Shown: positions 9,609 through 18,956 of the stretch, piece after piece
How positions within the stretch are numbered: position 1 is the first letter of the stretch
Layout of the letters: every line of letters begins with the position of its first letter
From: Anaerolineae bacterium
GTDB taxonomy: Bacteria > Chloroflexota > Anaerolineae > UBA1429
DNA length: 64,000 nucleotides
Assembly: GCA_040767425.1 (NCBI GenBank)
Contig: JAXGON010000003.1
Span: 22,440-86,439, forward strand
Direction: 5' to 3'
Made by a program: the position numbers and the translations under genes
Notes under the pieces: model-generated
Databases searched by the model: none
Told to the model about the DNA's origin: nothing
What the model saw: the letters and a program-made list of their open reading frames with translations, nothing else

Positions 9609-11008
9609 CCGACGCCCGGCAGCAGGGTTCCGAGCGAAACCACTGGACCTCTATGGCGGTGGTGGCCGCGACGCTATTCGCCGCCACCCTGCTGGGGATG
9701 TATCCGCGGCATCTCTACCTGCTGGCCGCGGGGGCCGTGCCGGTAGGGTTGGCACTCCTGTGGCGACCCTATTGGGCGCTGGCGCTCCTGATCATCACGG
9801 CGATGTTGGTCCCGGTAGAGTTCGGCACCGGCACCGCTGTGGCCATCAACGGCGCCGTGATGATGGTACCCGCCGCCCTGGCGGTCTGGATCATCGACAT
9901 GGCGCGGCGCCGTGGCCTGGCTTGGACATCAGCGGCCGCCAACCGCCCCCTGGCGCTGTTCCTGCTCGCCGGAGTCGTCTCTCTGGTCGCTGGCAACATG
10001 TTCTGGGATCCGGCGGTTCCCCGCCCCGCCAACCTGGTCGTGGTACAGTGGGCACAGTGGGGCATGTTCGCCCTGTCTGGTCTCGCTTTTTGGTTGATGG
10101 GCAATATGGTCGAGGACGAGGAGGCCTTGCGGGTCCTCACCTGGCTCTTTTTGGGGATCGGCGGCACCATGGCGCTCCTGCGAACCATCCGCTGGTTCTG
10201 GCCCCTAGGTTGGTCGATCGGCACCATGGGCCTCTACCGCGCGCCCTTTTGGGTGCTGCTGGCCAGCATGGCAGGGGGCCAACTATTTCATAACCGTGAT
10301 CTCAAGGCTGGCCAACGCGCGTTCCTCATCTGTGTACTGGTGGCCGTGCTTTACTATGCGGGGGTCATGGAGCGTCGTTCCACCTCTACCTGGGTGGGAG
10401 TGGCCCTAGCGCTGGGGCTGCTGCTCTGGATGCGTTTCCCCAAGGTGGGGTGGGGAGGACTGGTGCTGCTATTGCTGGCGGCCCCCATGGTGGGAACACT
10501 GATTTATGAGTTCGCGGGCGGGGCCGCCAAGTGGGACGAGAGTGGGGGGTCGCGCCTGGTGCTCATCGGCCGCGTAGTAGGGGTCGCCATGCGCAACCCC
10601 ATCACCGGCTTGGGCCCGGCCTCGTACCGATCCTACGCCGCTGTCGAGCCGCTCGCGTACCAAGGCGCCCTCTGGCTCGACCCGCTGGTCAGTTCGCACA
10701 ACAACTATGCCGACCTATTCGCCCATGTGGGCTTGCTCGGGTTGGGTCTCTTTGCGTGGTTCATCATCGCCCTGGCGCGGCTGAACGCCCGCCTCTGTCG
10801 CACCTACGAGAGCGGCTTTCTACGGGGCTATGTCTGCGGGGTGGCCGCGTCGCTGGGGGCCAGCCTCGTCATCATGCTGCTGGCAGACTGGGTGCTGCCC
10901 TTTGTCTACAACATCGGCTTTGAGGGCTTTCAGGCCAGCGTCCTGCTGTGGTTGTTCTGGGGCGGTCTGGTGGCAATCTCTCAGTGGACCCCAACGGGAG
11001 CGACATGA
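9605..11008 (+). CDS. O-antigen ligase/polymerase (Wzy_C) family protein
   Basis: About 12 TM segments. NPITGLGPASY and SSHNNYADLFAHVGLLGL motifs. Confidence 0.85.
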   Translation: MTDARQQGSERNHWTSMAVVAATLFAATLLGMYPRHLYLLAAGAVPVGLALLWRPYWALALLIITAMLVPVEFGTGTAVAINGAVMMVPAALAVWIIDMARRRGLAWTSAAANRPLALFLLAGVVSLVAGNMFWDPAVPRPANLVVVQWAQWGMFALSGLAFWLMGNMVEDEEALRVLTWLFLGIGGTMALLRTIRWFWPLGWSIGTMGLYRAPFWVLLASMAGGQLFHNRDLKAGQRAFLICVLVAVLYYAGVMERRSTSTWVGVALALGLLLWMRFPKVGWGGLVLLLLAAPMVGTLIYEFAGGAAKWDESGGSRLVLIGRVVGVAMRNPITGLGPASYRSYAAVEPLAYQGALWLDPLVSSHNNYADLFAHVGLLGLGLFAWFIIALARLNARLCRTYESGFLRGYVCGVAASLGASLVIMLLADWVLPFVYNIGFEGFQASVLLWLFWGGLVAISQWTPTGAT

Positions 11009-11952
11009 CCGATCTATCGATCGTGATCGTCAACTGGAACACGTCGGCCCTGCTTCGGGGCTGCTTGCGGTCCATCTATGGTCAGGCCAGCTCCCCGTCG
11101 CTGGAGGTCTTGGTCGTCGATAACGCCTCGTTGGACGACAGCGTGGCCATGGTCCGCCGCGAGTTTGACCAGGTTCGCCTGATCGAGATATCCACCAACC
11201 TGGGCTTTGCCGCCGGCAACAACCTAGCCTTCCCACTGGCTGAGGGCGCCTTCATACTGCTGCTCAATCCCGATACGGTGCTGACCGATGGCGCCCTTTG
11301 CGCCCTTGTGGACATGGCGCGAACGCACCCGGAGGCCGCCATCATCGGCGCCCAGTTGCTCAACGCCGACGGCAGCCTCCAAACGTCGTGCGGTATCTAT
11401 CCCAGCATCTGGAGCGAGATCCCGCTGGTGAGGAGCCTAGCCGAGGGGCTGGATCGCCTCTCGCTGGGAAGCAACCATCGCGCTGAACCCGACATCCGAT
11501 CCGTCGACTGGGTATCAGGCGCGTGCCTTCTGATCCGGCAGGAGGCCCTCCAGGCCATCGGCCCCCTGGACGAGAGCTACTGGCTCTATACCGAGGAGAC
11601 CGATTGGTGCTATCGAGCCCGCCGAGTCGGCTGGGACGTGCTCTTAGCGCCCAGCGCGCGCGTGTATCACTTGGCCCGCGCCGCCTCGGGCCAGCGCTTT
11701 GTGTTCTCGATGCTGCACTTTTACCAGTCCAGGGTGCGGTTTGCTCACAAGCACTATGGAGCCGCCCATGCCGCCGCGCTGCAACGGCTGTACGGCCTTA
11801 AAGCGCTGATGTGGCAACGTCGGCCCGAGAGTTCGCCGCTCCGCAAGGCCTACGAGAACCTCTCGGACGAACAGATCCGCGCAGCCTACGGCACGTTGCG
11901 CCGCGCTCTGGCCAGTTCGCTGACCACCTATCTGGAGAGCAGTTGGTCATGA
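11005..11952 (+). CDS. Glycosyltransferase family 2 (WbbL/rhamnosyltransferase-like)
   Basis: DLSIVIVNWN, VVDNAS, NLGFAAGNN, LLLNPD, VSGACLL, YTEETDWC. ATG at 11005 overlaps the upstream stop. Confidence 0.9.
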   Translation: MTDLSIVIVNWNTSALLRGCLRSIYGQASSPSLEVLVVDNASLDDSVAMVRREFDQVRLIEISTNLGFAAGNNLAFPLAEGAFILLLNPDTVLTDGALCALVDMARTHPEAAIIGAQLLNADGSLQTSCGIYPSIWSEIPLVRSLAEGLDRLSLGSNHRAEPDIRSVDWVSGACLLIRQEALQAIGPLDESYWLYTEETDWCYRARRVGWDVLLAPSARVYHLARAASGQRFVFSMLHFYQSRVRFAHKHYGAAHAAALQRLYGLKALMWQRRPESSPLRKAYENLSDEQIRAAYGTLRRALASSLTTYLESSWS

Positions 11953-13103
11953 TGGCGATAGACTTTCAGGTAGCATCCAGCGTGGACGCGCAAGCGCCCC
12001 ACCCGCTGCCGACCTGGAACGCCACGGTGCAAGCCGCTGGTGAGCTGATTATCCTGGTGGGACCGGAGGATCCCCTCCGGGCCGAGTCGATCGCGGGTGG
12101 CCTCGCCCCGCGCCTCGAGTACCGGATGATCGCCGACCGGTGGGCTGGCAGCCAGGTGCAGCAGTGGCGACCGCCAGCGGCCGGCGTTATCGGCGGCCGG
12201 CTCGCCGGCCTGCTCCACACCCTGCCAAGGAATCTGGCGCTAGCACGGCGGCTGGCGCGCGGGCTTGGGCCCAACAGCGTCGTCTTCTCTACCGGCGAGA
12301 CCTGGGGGCTTCCGCTGGCCCTGATTGCCGCCTTACGACGCCGTCGCCCGTGGGCCCATGTGGTCTACGCCCACCGCCTCTACTCGCCGCGATGGCAGCG
12401 TTTCCTGGCCGCCTCCCATCGGCGCCTGGCGGTGGACGCCTGGATCTGTGCGACCGAGCATCAAGCCAGCCTGCTTCGCCACGTGCTGGGCCGGCCTGAG
12501 GCAGTTCACGTGGTGTCACCCGGAGTCGACACAGCGTTCTTTGCCCCAGCGAGGAACCCGGCACCAGAGCGGCGCTATCTCCTCTCGGTGGGAGCGGAAA
12601 TGCGCAACTACCCGCTGCTGTTTGATGCGGTGCGTGATCTCCCCATCGACGTCATCGTCAAAGCTTCCAGCGCCTGGATGGCGGCATCGCGCGAGGCGCT
12701 GCACGCCGCCCCGGCGAACGTGCAGATCATCACCGAGCGCCTGTCCTATGCCCAGCTGTATGACCTGTACGCCGGCGCGTTCGCCGTGGTGGCACCCGTG
12801 CTGGATACGCCCCAGGCCGCCGGCATCACGACCATCCTGGAGGGCATGGCCATGCAGAAATGCGTGATCGCCACCCGGTCGCGCGGCCTGCCGGACACGC
12901 TCATCCACGGCGAGACCGGCATCGTCTGTGATGCCACGGCCGAGGCGCTGGCAGAGGCGCTCGCGTCGGTGCTGGCATCGCCCAATGTCGAGGCCTTGGC
13001 GCTGGCGGGGCGCCACGCCGTGTGCCGCGCAGCGTCCATCGAAGAGCATGCGTGCCGGGTCACCAGCATCCTGGCCCAAACGCTCGCGAGTAGAGTGCCG
13101 TGA
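11949..13103 (+). CDS. Glycosyltransferase family 4
   Basis: PGVDTAFFAP, SVGAEMRNY, AAGITTILEGMAMQKCVI. ATGA coupling at 11949. Confidence 0.85.
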   Translation: MMAIDFQVASSVDAQAPHPLPTWNATVQAAGELIILVGPEDPLRAESIAGGLAPRLEYRMIADRWAGSQVQQWRPPAAGVIGGRLAGLLHTLPRNLALARRLARGLGPNSVVFSTGETWGLPLALIAALRRRRPWAHVVYAHRLYSPRWQRFLAASHRRLAVDAWICATEHQASLLRHVLGRPEAVHVVSPGVDTAFFAPARNPAPERRYLLSVGAEMRNYPLLFDAVRDLPIDVIVKASSAWMAASREALHAAPANVQIITERLSYAQLYDLYAGAFAVVAPVLDTPQAAGITTILEGMAMQKCVIATRSRGLPDTLIHGETGIVCDATAEALAEALASVLASPNVEALALAGRHAVCRAASIEEHACRVTSILAQTLASRVP

Positions 13104-13178
13104 CCAAACCAGCCGACGTGGCCAAGCGTATCGCGTCGGGCGGGATAGCCCGATAGATCCGCAGGAGGGATCGAACCC

Positions 13179-14276
13179 GTGCGTATCTGTTACGCCCTGC
13201 TCTCGCCGACCTTTGGCATGCACCAGTACACCGCTGATCTGGCGGCTACGCTGGGGCGAGCGGGGCATACGGTCCAACTGGCGACTACCGACCGCTATCC
13301 GCATGATCGTTACGATCCCGCCATGGCGGTCATCTGCCCATCATCGGCACAGGACACGGGCTACTCGCTCGACGCCGCCCGGCCCGGGGCGTGCGCGCAG
13401 ATCGTCCGCTCCATCGAGGCGCTACAGCCCGAAGTGGTCCACCTTACCGGCCCCCACGTCTGGAACGTTGGCGTGATGCGAGGCTTGGCGCGCCGGGGCA
13501 TTCCCGTCGTTCACACCCTGCACGACCTGGACCCCCACGCCGGCGGGGCCTATGGCCGATTGGTGCACCAGTGGAACCGCGCGGTGCTGCGCTGGTCCGA
13601 CCAGATCCTGGTCCACGGGCGCTGTTACCGCCAGCGCCTTTTGCAGGAGGGCATGGCACCGGAGCGGGTCTGCTACACGCCGCTGCTGCATCTCTTTGTC
13701 GGTCACCACAGCCTGCCAGAGGCTGGTGCCAAGGCCGACGCACCTCTCTACGAGCCCTTTCTCCTCTTCTTTGGTCGCATCGAGCCCTACAAGGGCCTCG
13801 ACCATCTGCTGGCCGCCTGGCAACGGGCGGACGTGGCCGACGCCACGCTGATGATCGCTGGGCCTGGAGAGCTGGCCCGCTGTTGGAGCGAGCCGCTCCC
13901 TCCCCGCGTCGAGCTCCGCAACCACCTGATCGGCGACGCCGAGGCGATCGAGCTATTCCAACGGTGCAGTGCCGTCGTCTTGCCCTACACCCGCGCCAGC
14001 CAGTCGGCGCTGGTGGCTGCAGCCTACCATTTTCAGAAGCCGGTGCTAGTCTCAACGTCGGGCGCCTTGCCCGAGTATGTCGAATCTGGCGAGACGGGCT
14101 GGCTGGTCGACCCTCACGACGAGCCTGCCCTCACCGAGGCCCTACGTCAGGCCCTGGAGGATCCGGCTCGGTTGCGACGCATGGGAGCGGCCGGCCGTAG
14201 GTGGTACGAGGAGCAGCGCCAGCGCGAAAGAACGGACCTGGAAGCCATGTACCGACGGGTGGTGGGCAGTGATTGA
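13179..14276 (+). CDS. Glycosyltransferase family 4
   Basis: GTG start with a GGAGG SD. VVHTLHD, LFFGRIEPYKGL, VVLPYTRASQSA. Confidence 0.9.
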   Translation: MRICYALLSPTFGMHQYTADLAATLGRAGHTVQLATTDRYPHDRYDPAMAVICPSSAQDTGYSLDAARPGACAQIVRSIEALQPEVVHLTGPHVWNVGVMRGLARRGIPVVHTLHDLDPHAGGAYGRLVHQWNRAVLRWSDQILVHGRCYRQRLLQEGMAPERVCYTPLLHLFVGHHSLPEAGAKADAPLYEPFLLFFGRIEPYKGLDHLLAAWQRADVADATLMIAGPGELARCWSEPLPPRVELRNHLIGDAEAIELFQRCSAVVLPYTRASQSALVAAAYHFQKPVLVSTSGALPEYVESGETGWLVDPHDEPALTEALRQALEDPARLRRMGAAGRRWYEEQRQRERTDLEAMYRRVVGSD

Positions 14277-14381
14277 TGCGAAGGCCGTCGGGCATGGTAA
14301 CCGGGGCGCGACCGCGGAGACCGGCGTGCCGTTGCCTGCCATCGCCTCTGCTGATCCACCACCGATGAGGATGGACTGGCC

Positions 14382-15629
14382 ATGGTAGCATTGGTACCGC
14401 TCCACAACTCGGCGATCCTGCTGGCGGCCATATTGCTGGCGCTTGTAGAGGCAGCCGCCATCGCCAGCCTGCTCTACCACGGCGTCCTGCTCATTGCCGG
14501 GGCAGCGCATCCTCGGCGGCCTGTCGGCCAGAGTGGCGGCACGCCGCATCTGGCGGTGGTCGTCCCCGCCCACAACGAAGAGACGGTCATCGCAGCGACG
14601 ATGGCCGCCGCTCGGTCGCAGCAGTACCCCCCGGATCGGATCGACGTCTATGTCGTCGCCGACTATTGCTCCGACGCCACGGCAGCGCGGGCCCGCCAGT
14701 CTGGCGCCACCTGCCTGGAGCGCAACGATGGGCCGCGTGGACGCAAGGCCTATGCGCTCCAGTGGGGGTTGGCGGAGCTTCTGGCCAGTGAGCCCACCTT
14801 GGATGCCTTTGTGGTGATCGACGCCGACAGTCAGCTCGAGCCCACCTTTGCAGCCACCATGGCCTCGCACCTCCAATCTGGACAGCCGGTGCTGCAGGGC
14901 CAACACCGAATCGCCAACCCTCGGGACAGCGCGTTCACGGGGCTGGCCGATGTGGATATGCGCATCAACAACCTGCTCCGAAACCAGGCCAAGGGCGCCC
15001 TTGGCCTCTCGGGCCGCCTCATGGGCGACGCCATGTGCTTTGCCAGAGAGATCATCGAAGCGTTCGGTTGGCCGACGGAGACCATCACGGAGGATCGCGA
15101 GTTCGGCCTCTTCCTGGGGCTGCGAGGTATTCGCACCGTCTATGTGCCCGACGCGATCTCGCGGGGGCAGGCAGCCGGACGTTGGCAGGACGCCTCCAAG
15201 CAGCGGATGCGATGGTACGCGGGCATGCGCCAGGTGCGCCTCGCCCGGCTGGGGACGCTCTGGAGAGCCGCGTGGCGGGGAAATCCGGTGGCCCTGGATG
15301 GCCTCCTGGAGCTGGCGCTGCCTTCGATCTCGCTTTCCACGCTGTTTTCGGTGGTCGCGGCGGCCATCCAGGTGGCGTTTCCCGCCTGGCCGTGGCTCCT
15401 GCCGACCGAGCTGGTCCTGGTTGTCAGCGCGCTCTGGATCCTGTTCCCAATAGCGGCCCTCCTGGCTGCGAGGGCACCCTGGGCCAGCTTTCGCGCCCTC
15501 CTTTGGGGGCCGATCTACCTGGTCTGGCGGGTATGGATCGGCCTGCGAGCGCGCCTGGGCCGCAGCAAGGGAGAGTGGGTTCGGACGCGAAGACGAGAGG
15601 AAGCCCAAGGGGGGATTGGTGAGAGCTGA
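14382..15629 (+). CDS. Glycosyltransferase family 2, membrane-bound processive type
   Basis: VVVPAHNEE, VIDADS, ITED and QRMRW (QxxRW). N- and C-terminal TM helices. Confidence 0.9.
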   Translation: MVALVPLHNSAILLAAILLALVEAAAIASLLYHGVLLIAGAAHPRRPVGQSGGTPHLAVVVPAHNEETVIAATMAAARSQQYPPDRIDVYVVADYCSDATAARARQSGATCLERNDGPRGRKAYALQWGLAELLASEPTLDAFVVIDADSQLEPTFAATMASHLQSGQPVLQGQHRIANPRDSAFTGLADVDMRINNLLRNQAKGALGLSGRLMGDAMCFAREIIEAFGWPTETITEDREFGLFLGLRGIRTVYVPDAISRGQAAGRWQDASKQRMRWYAGMRQVRLARLGTLWRAAWRGNPVALDGLLELALPSISLSTLFSVVAAAIQVAFPAWPWLLPTELVLVVSALWILFPIAALLAARAPWASFRALLWGPIYLVWRVWIGLRARLGRSKGEWVRTRRREEAQGGIGES

Positions 15630-16977
15630 CGGCGCGACCAGATCGAACATACACGAAAGCGACAGAGACCACGCCACCGAGCGTCGCTGGCTCTGGATCG
15701 TGCTCGCCCTCTCCGTGCTGGCTCGCGTGGCCGTCGCGCTCTACCTGGGCAACGTCGTGGACGCCCCGCCGCTCCTCACAGACCAGCGATCCTACCACGC
15801 CCTGGGCGAACGCCTGGTAGGGGGGCACGGCTTTAGCTTTGACCGTGACTGGTATCCCTTTACGCTGGCCGAAACCCCCACGGCTCACTGGTCGTTCCTC
15901 TACTCGCTCTTTGTGGCCGCGGTCTATGCACTTTTCGGTGTGCATCCCATCGCCGTTCGCCTCGTGCAAGCCGTCTTGGGAGGGCTTCTAGTCCCTTGGA
16001 TGGTCTACCGTCTAGCCCAGCAGGTCTTTGTCGGGCGCAAGTGGACTCCACTCTGGGCCGCAGCCATCGCCGCCGGTTACGCGTACCTAGTGCTCTATGC
16101 CGCCACGCTGATGACCGAGACCTTTTACATCGTGCTGTTGTTGTGGTCGCTCAACCTTGGCATGGATATCGGGGCAGCGCTTCATGGGGCGGTGCCGGTC
16201 TCGTCGCGGCGGTGGTTGGGCCTAGGCCTGGTGTTGGGCCTGGCGACGCTGATGCGTCAGTCGATCCTGCCATGGCTGCCATTCTTCTTTCTCTGGCTGC
16301 TTTGGCAGGGCCGCGTTGGGCGTCAAATCAAGCCGGCCCTGCGAGGCCTGGTACTCTCCGGCCTGATGGTGTTCGCCTTGGTGCTGCCGTGGACGGTACG
16401 TAACTATGCGGTCTACGGACGCTTTCTTCTGCTAAACTCGAACACCGGCTATGCCATGTACTCGGCCCAACACCCCATGCACGGCACCCGCTTTTCCGAG
16501 TTTGCGGCGGCGCCGCTGCCCGAGGGGTTCACCTGGGGCAACGAGGCCGCCATGGATCGAGAACTGCTGCGGCTGGGCATTCAGTATGTCCTGGCCGAGC
16601 CCGGCCGCTATTTCTTGCTATGCCTCAGCCGAATCCGAGCCTTTGTCGAATTCTGGCCCAGCGCCGAGACAAGCGCCTTGCATAATGTGGGACGGGTTGT
16701 TTCATTTGGTCTAGCTATGCCCTTTATGGTCTATGGTCTGATACTGGGACAGAAAAGGGGCATCCTGCGCCCCAGCGCTTGCCTGGTTGTTTTCTTTGTA
16801 CTAGTGTATTCGGTGATGCACATCATGACCTGGGCGATGGTCCGTTATCGCCTGCCGGTCGATGCGACGCTGCTTCCCCTAGCTGCGTTGGGCGCCGAGA
16901 ACATGTGCGCCCGTGCACAGCTGATGCTGGCCCGCCGAGGCGTGCTCCACGTGAACCTACCCTGCGAGGTGGCCTAG
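15619..16977 (+). CDS. ArnT/PMT-like GT-C glycosyltransferase
   Basis: Polytopic membrane protein. TDQRSYHAL after TM1, LMTETFYI, LPWTVRNY, VRYRLP. Confidence 0.8.
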   Translation: MRADGATRSNIHESDRDHATERRWLWIVLALSVLARVAVALYLGNVVDAPPLLTDQRSYHALGERLVGGHGFSFDRDWYPFTLAETPTAHWSFLYSLFVAAVYALFGVHPIAVRLVQAVLGGLLVPWMVYRLAQQVFVGRKWTPLWAAAIAAGYAYLVLYAATLMTETFYIVLLLWSLNLGMDIGAALHGAVPVSSRRWLGLGLVLGLATLMRQSILPWLPFFFLWLLWQGRVGRQIKPALRGLVLSGLMVFALVLPWTVRNYAVYGRFLLLNSNTGYAMYSAQHPMHGTRFSEFAAAPLPEGFTWGNEAAMDRELLRLGIQYVLAEPGRYFLLCLSRIRAFVEFWPSAETSALHNVGRVVSFGLAMPFMVYGLILGQKRGILRPSACLVVFFVLVYSVMHIMTWAMVRYRLPVDATLLPLAALGAENMCARAQLMLARRGVLHVNLPCEVA

Positions 16978-17058
16978 GACCCCAGACCGAGACCCGAGCG
17001 AGGTGGAAGATGGCGAGCCAGCCCGGCCAATGGCTCACAAAGCGATAGGGTGGTCGTA

Positions 17059-18891
17059 ATGGATCAGTCGAGGTTGCACCAGTATTTGCGCATCATCAAA
17101 CGGTGGTGGTGGCTGGCCGTCGCCAGCATGCTCATCGCCGGCGTCTCCAGCTATCTGGGACTGCAGCGGACGCCCCGCACCTACCAATCGACCACCACGG
17201 TGATGGTCGGCCAGAGCCTGGAGACGCTCAGCCCTACCGGCTCGGATCTGGCCATCGGTCAGCAGCTCACCCACACCTACGCCCAGCTGGTCCGACGTGA
17301 GTCGCTGCTCGCAGCGGCCGCAGCGCAACTGGGGCTGGACGCGCCTCCGTCGCCGGAATCGGTCACGGCCCAGCAGGTAGCGGGCACCCAGCTCCTCGAG
17401 ATCAGCGTCCTGGATACCAGCCCCGAGCGGGCTCGCGCTCTAGCTGACGCCATCGCCCAGCAACTGATCCTCCTGACGCCGGCGGCACGCGAGATCACCG
17501 AGCGCGAGGCGTTTGTGCAAGAGCAGCTGGACGATCTGGAAGCCAAAATCGCCGCCACGCGCGACGAGATGGAGCAGGAACGCGCCAAGTTCGAGGCCGC
17601 CAGCAGCGCTAGCGCCGTGCAACAGCATCAAGCCAATATCGACGCCCTCCAGCAGCAGCTCGCCTACTATCAGACCTCGTACGCCTCGCTGCTGGCTAAT
17701 ACCCAGCAGGCCACCAACCGCGTGTCGGTCGTCGAGCCAGCTACCCTGCCCACGCGCCCCGTAAGCCCCAACGTGATGAGCAGCATGACGCTGGCCATGG
17801 CCATCGGCCTGGCGCTGGCTGTCAGCGGCGCCCTGGTCACCGAACTCCTCGACGGTCGGATCCGATCCGCTGAGGAGGCGGTGCGCTACGCGGGGCTACC
17901 GCTCTTTGCCAGCATCCCGCCTCTCGACCACGTCCAGGAGCTTGGCGGGCTGGTAACCGCCTACGCGCCCCGCTCGCCAGCTGCCGAGTCCTTCCGCCTG
18001 CTGGGCACCCGCATCGCTCTCGAGTCGGGCGACGGCGCCCTCACCACCGTCATGTTCGTCAGCCCGGGCCCAGGCGAGGGCAAGAGCCTGGCGGTCGCCA
18101 ACGTAGGCGTGGCCTTTGCCGAGGCGGGACGCGAAGTGCTGATTGTGGATTCGGACCTGCGGCGGCCGTCTCAGCACGGCCTCTTTGGGCTCGACAACGA
18201 GCTAGGTCTGGCGGACCTGCTGCGCGACCCGCACGCCGACCTGTCGCGGCTGATTCAGGCCACCCGGGTGCCGCGCCTCTCGCTGATGGCAGCCGGAGAG
18301 ACGGCCTCCAGCCCTGGCAGCCCCCTGGCCATGGAAAACCTCAACGGCGAGGTCAAGGCTCTCCTGCAAGAGGCATACAAGGATCCCTATGGCCTACTGG
18401 CTTCGGAGCACCTGGACGCCGCTCTCCAGCGGCTACAGGAGCGCTATCGCCTGGTGCTCTTTGATAGCCCGCCGTCATCGATCTTTCCTGATGCGGCCAT
18501 TCTGGCTGCGCGGGTCGACGCGGTCCTCATGATGGCAGACGTCACCGTCACGCAGCGTGCTCTCCTCGCTGAGGTGGCCGAGCAGTTGCGCCACAGCGGC
18601 GCCCACCTCCTCGGCTTGGTATTGAACCGCTCGCGCGAGGGCGACGCGTCGTCACGACAGGCCTACTATCGCTACTATTACGACAGCGAGGGGCACCGTC
18701 AGCGCCGTCGAGCTGAGAGGAGCGATATGCCCAGGGATGCGCTCTCGGGTCCGGATGGCCTGATGGGAAAGCTTCAGGCCTGGCGCACCCGGGGCATGGG
18801 CCAGACGCGGCCTGCGACCCACCCGACGGCACCGGTACCGCCAGAAGGGCCCGAGGACGAGGCCCACCAAGCCGAGCAGAACGCCAGCTAG
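17059..18891 (+). CDS. wzc: Polysaccharide co-polymerase/BY-kinase (Wzc/CapAB fusion)
   Basis: Wzz N-terminus, coiled coil, P-x2-P-x-SPN before TM2. Walker A SPGPGEGKS, A' VDSDLRRP, B FDSPP. Tyr cluster AYYRYYY. Confidence 0.9.
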   Translation: MDQSRLHQYLRIIKRWWWLAVASMLIAGVSSYLGLQRTPRTYQSTTTVMVGQSLETLSPTGSDLAIGQQLTHTYAQLVRRESLLAAAAAQLGLDAPPSPESVTAQQVAGTQLLEISVLDTSPERARALADAIAQQLILLTPAAREITEREAFVQEQLDDLEAKIAATRDEMEQERAKFEAASSASAVQQHQANIDALQQQLAYYQTSYASLLANTQQATNRVSVVEPATLPTRPVSPNVMSSMTLAMAIGLALAVSGALVTELLDGRIRSAEEAVRYAGLPLFASIPPLDHVQELGGLVTAYAPRSPAAESFRLLGTRIALESGDGALTTVMFVSPGPGEGKSLAVANVGVAFAEAGREVLIVDSDLRRPSQHGLFGLDNELGLADLLRDPHADLSRLIQATRVPRLSLMAAGETASSPGSPLAMENLNGEVKALLQEAYKDPYGLLASEHLDAALQRLQERYRLVLFDSPPSSIFPDAAILAARVDAVLMMADVTVTQRALLAEVAEQLRHSGAHLLGLVLNRSREGDASSRQAYYRYYYDSEGHRQRRRAERSDMPRDALSGPDGLMGKLQAWRTRGMGQTRPATHPTAPVPPEGPEDEAHQAEQNAS

Positions 18892-18956
18892 ACCCCCATA
18901 AAGACGGCGGTCGGCACGACGGAGGGTCGCGCCGACCGCCATCAAACGCTACGGAG

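Noticed and set aside
14269-14388. 39-codon ORF bridging two glycosyltransferase genes
   Set aside because: It overlaps the upstream stop and downstream start but has no recognisable content; it cannot be told from chance.
14142-15677. Long antisense ORFs (also 2386-3699, 19548-20933, 23288-24562, 50128-51510, 52051-53598)
   Set aside because: Shadow frames expected opposite high-GC genes; no motifs.
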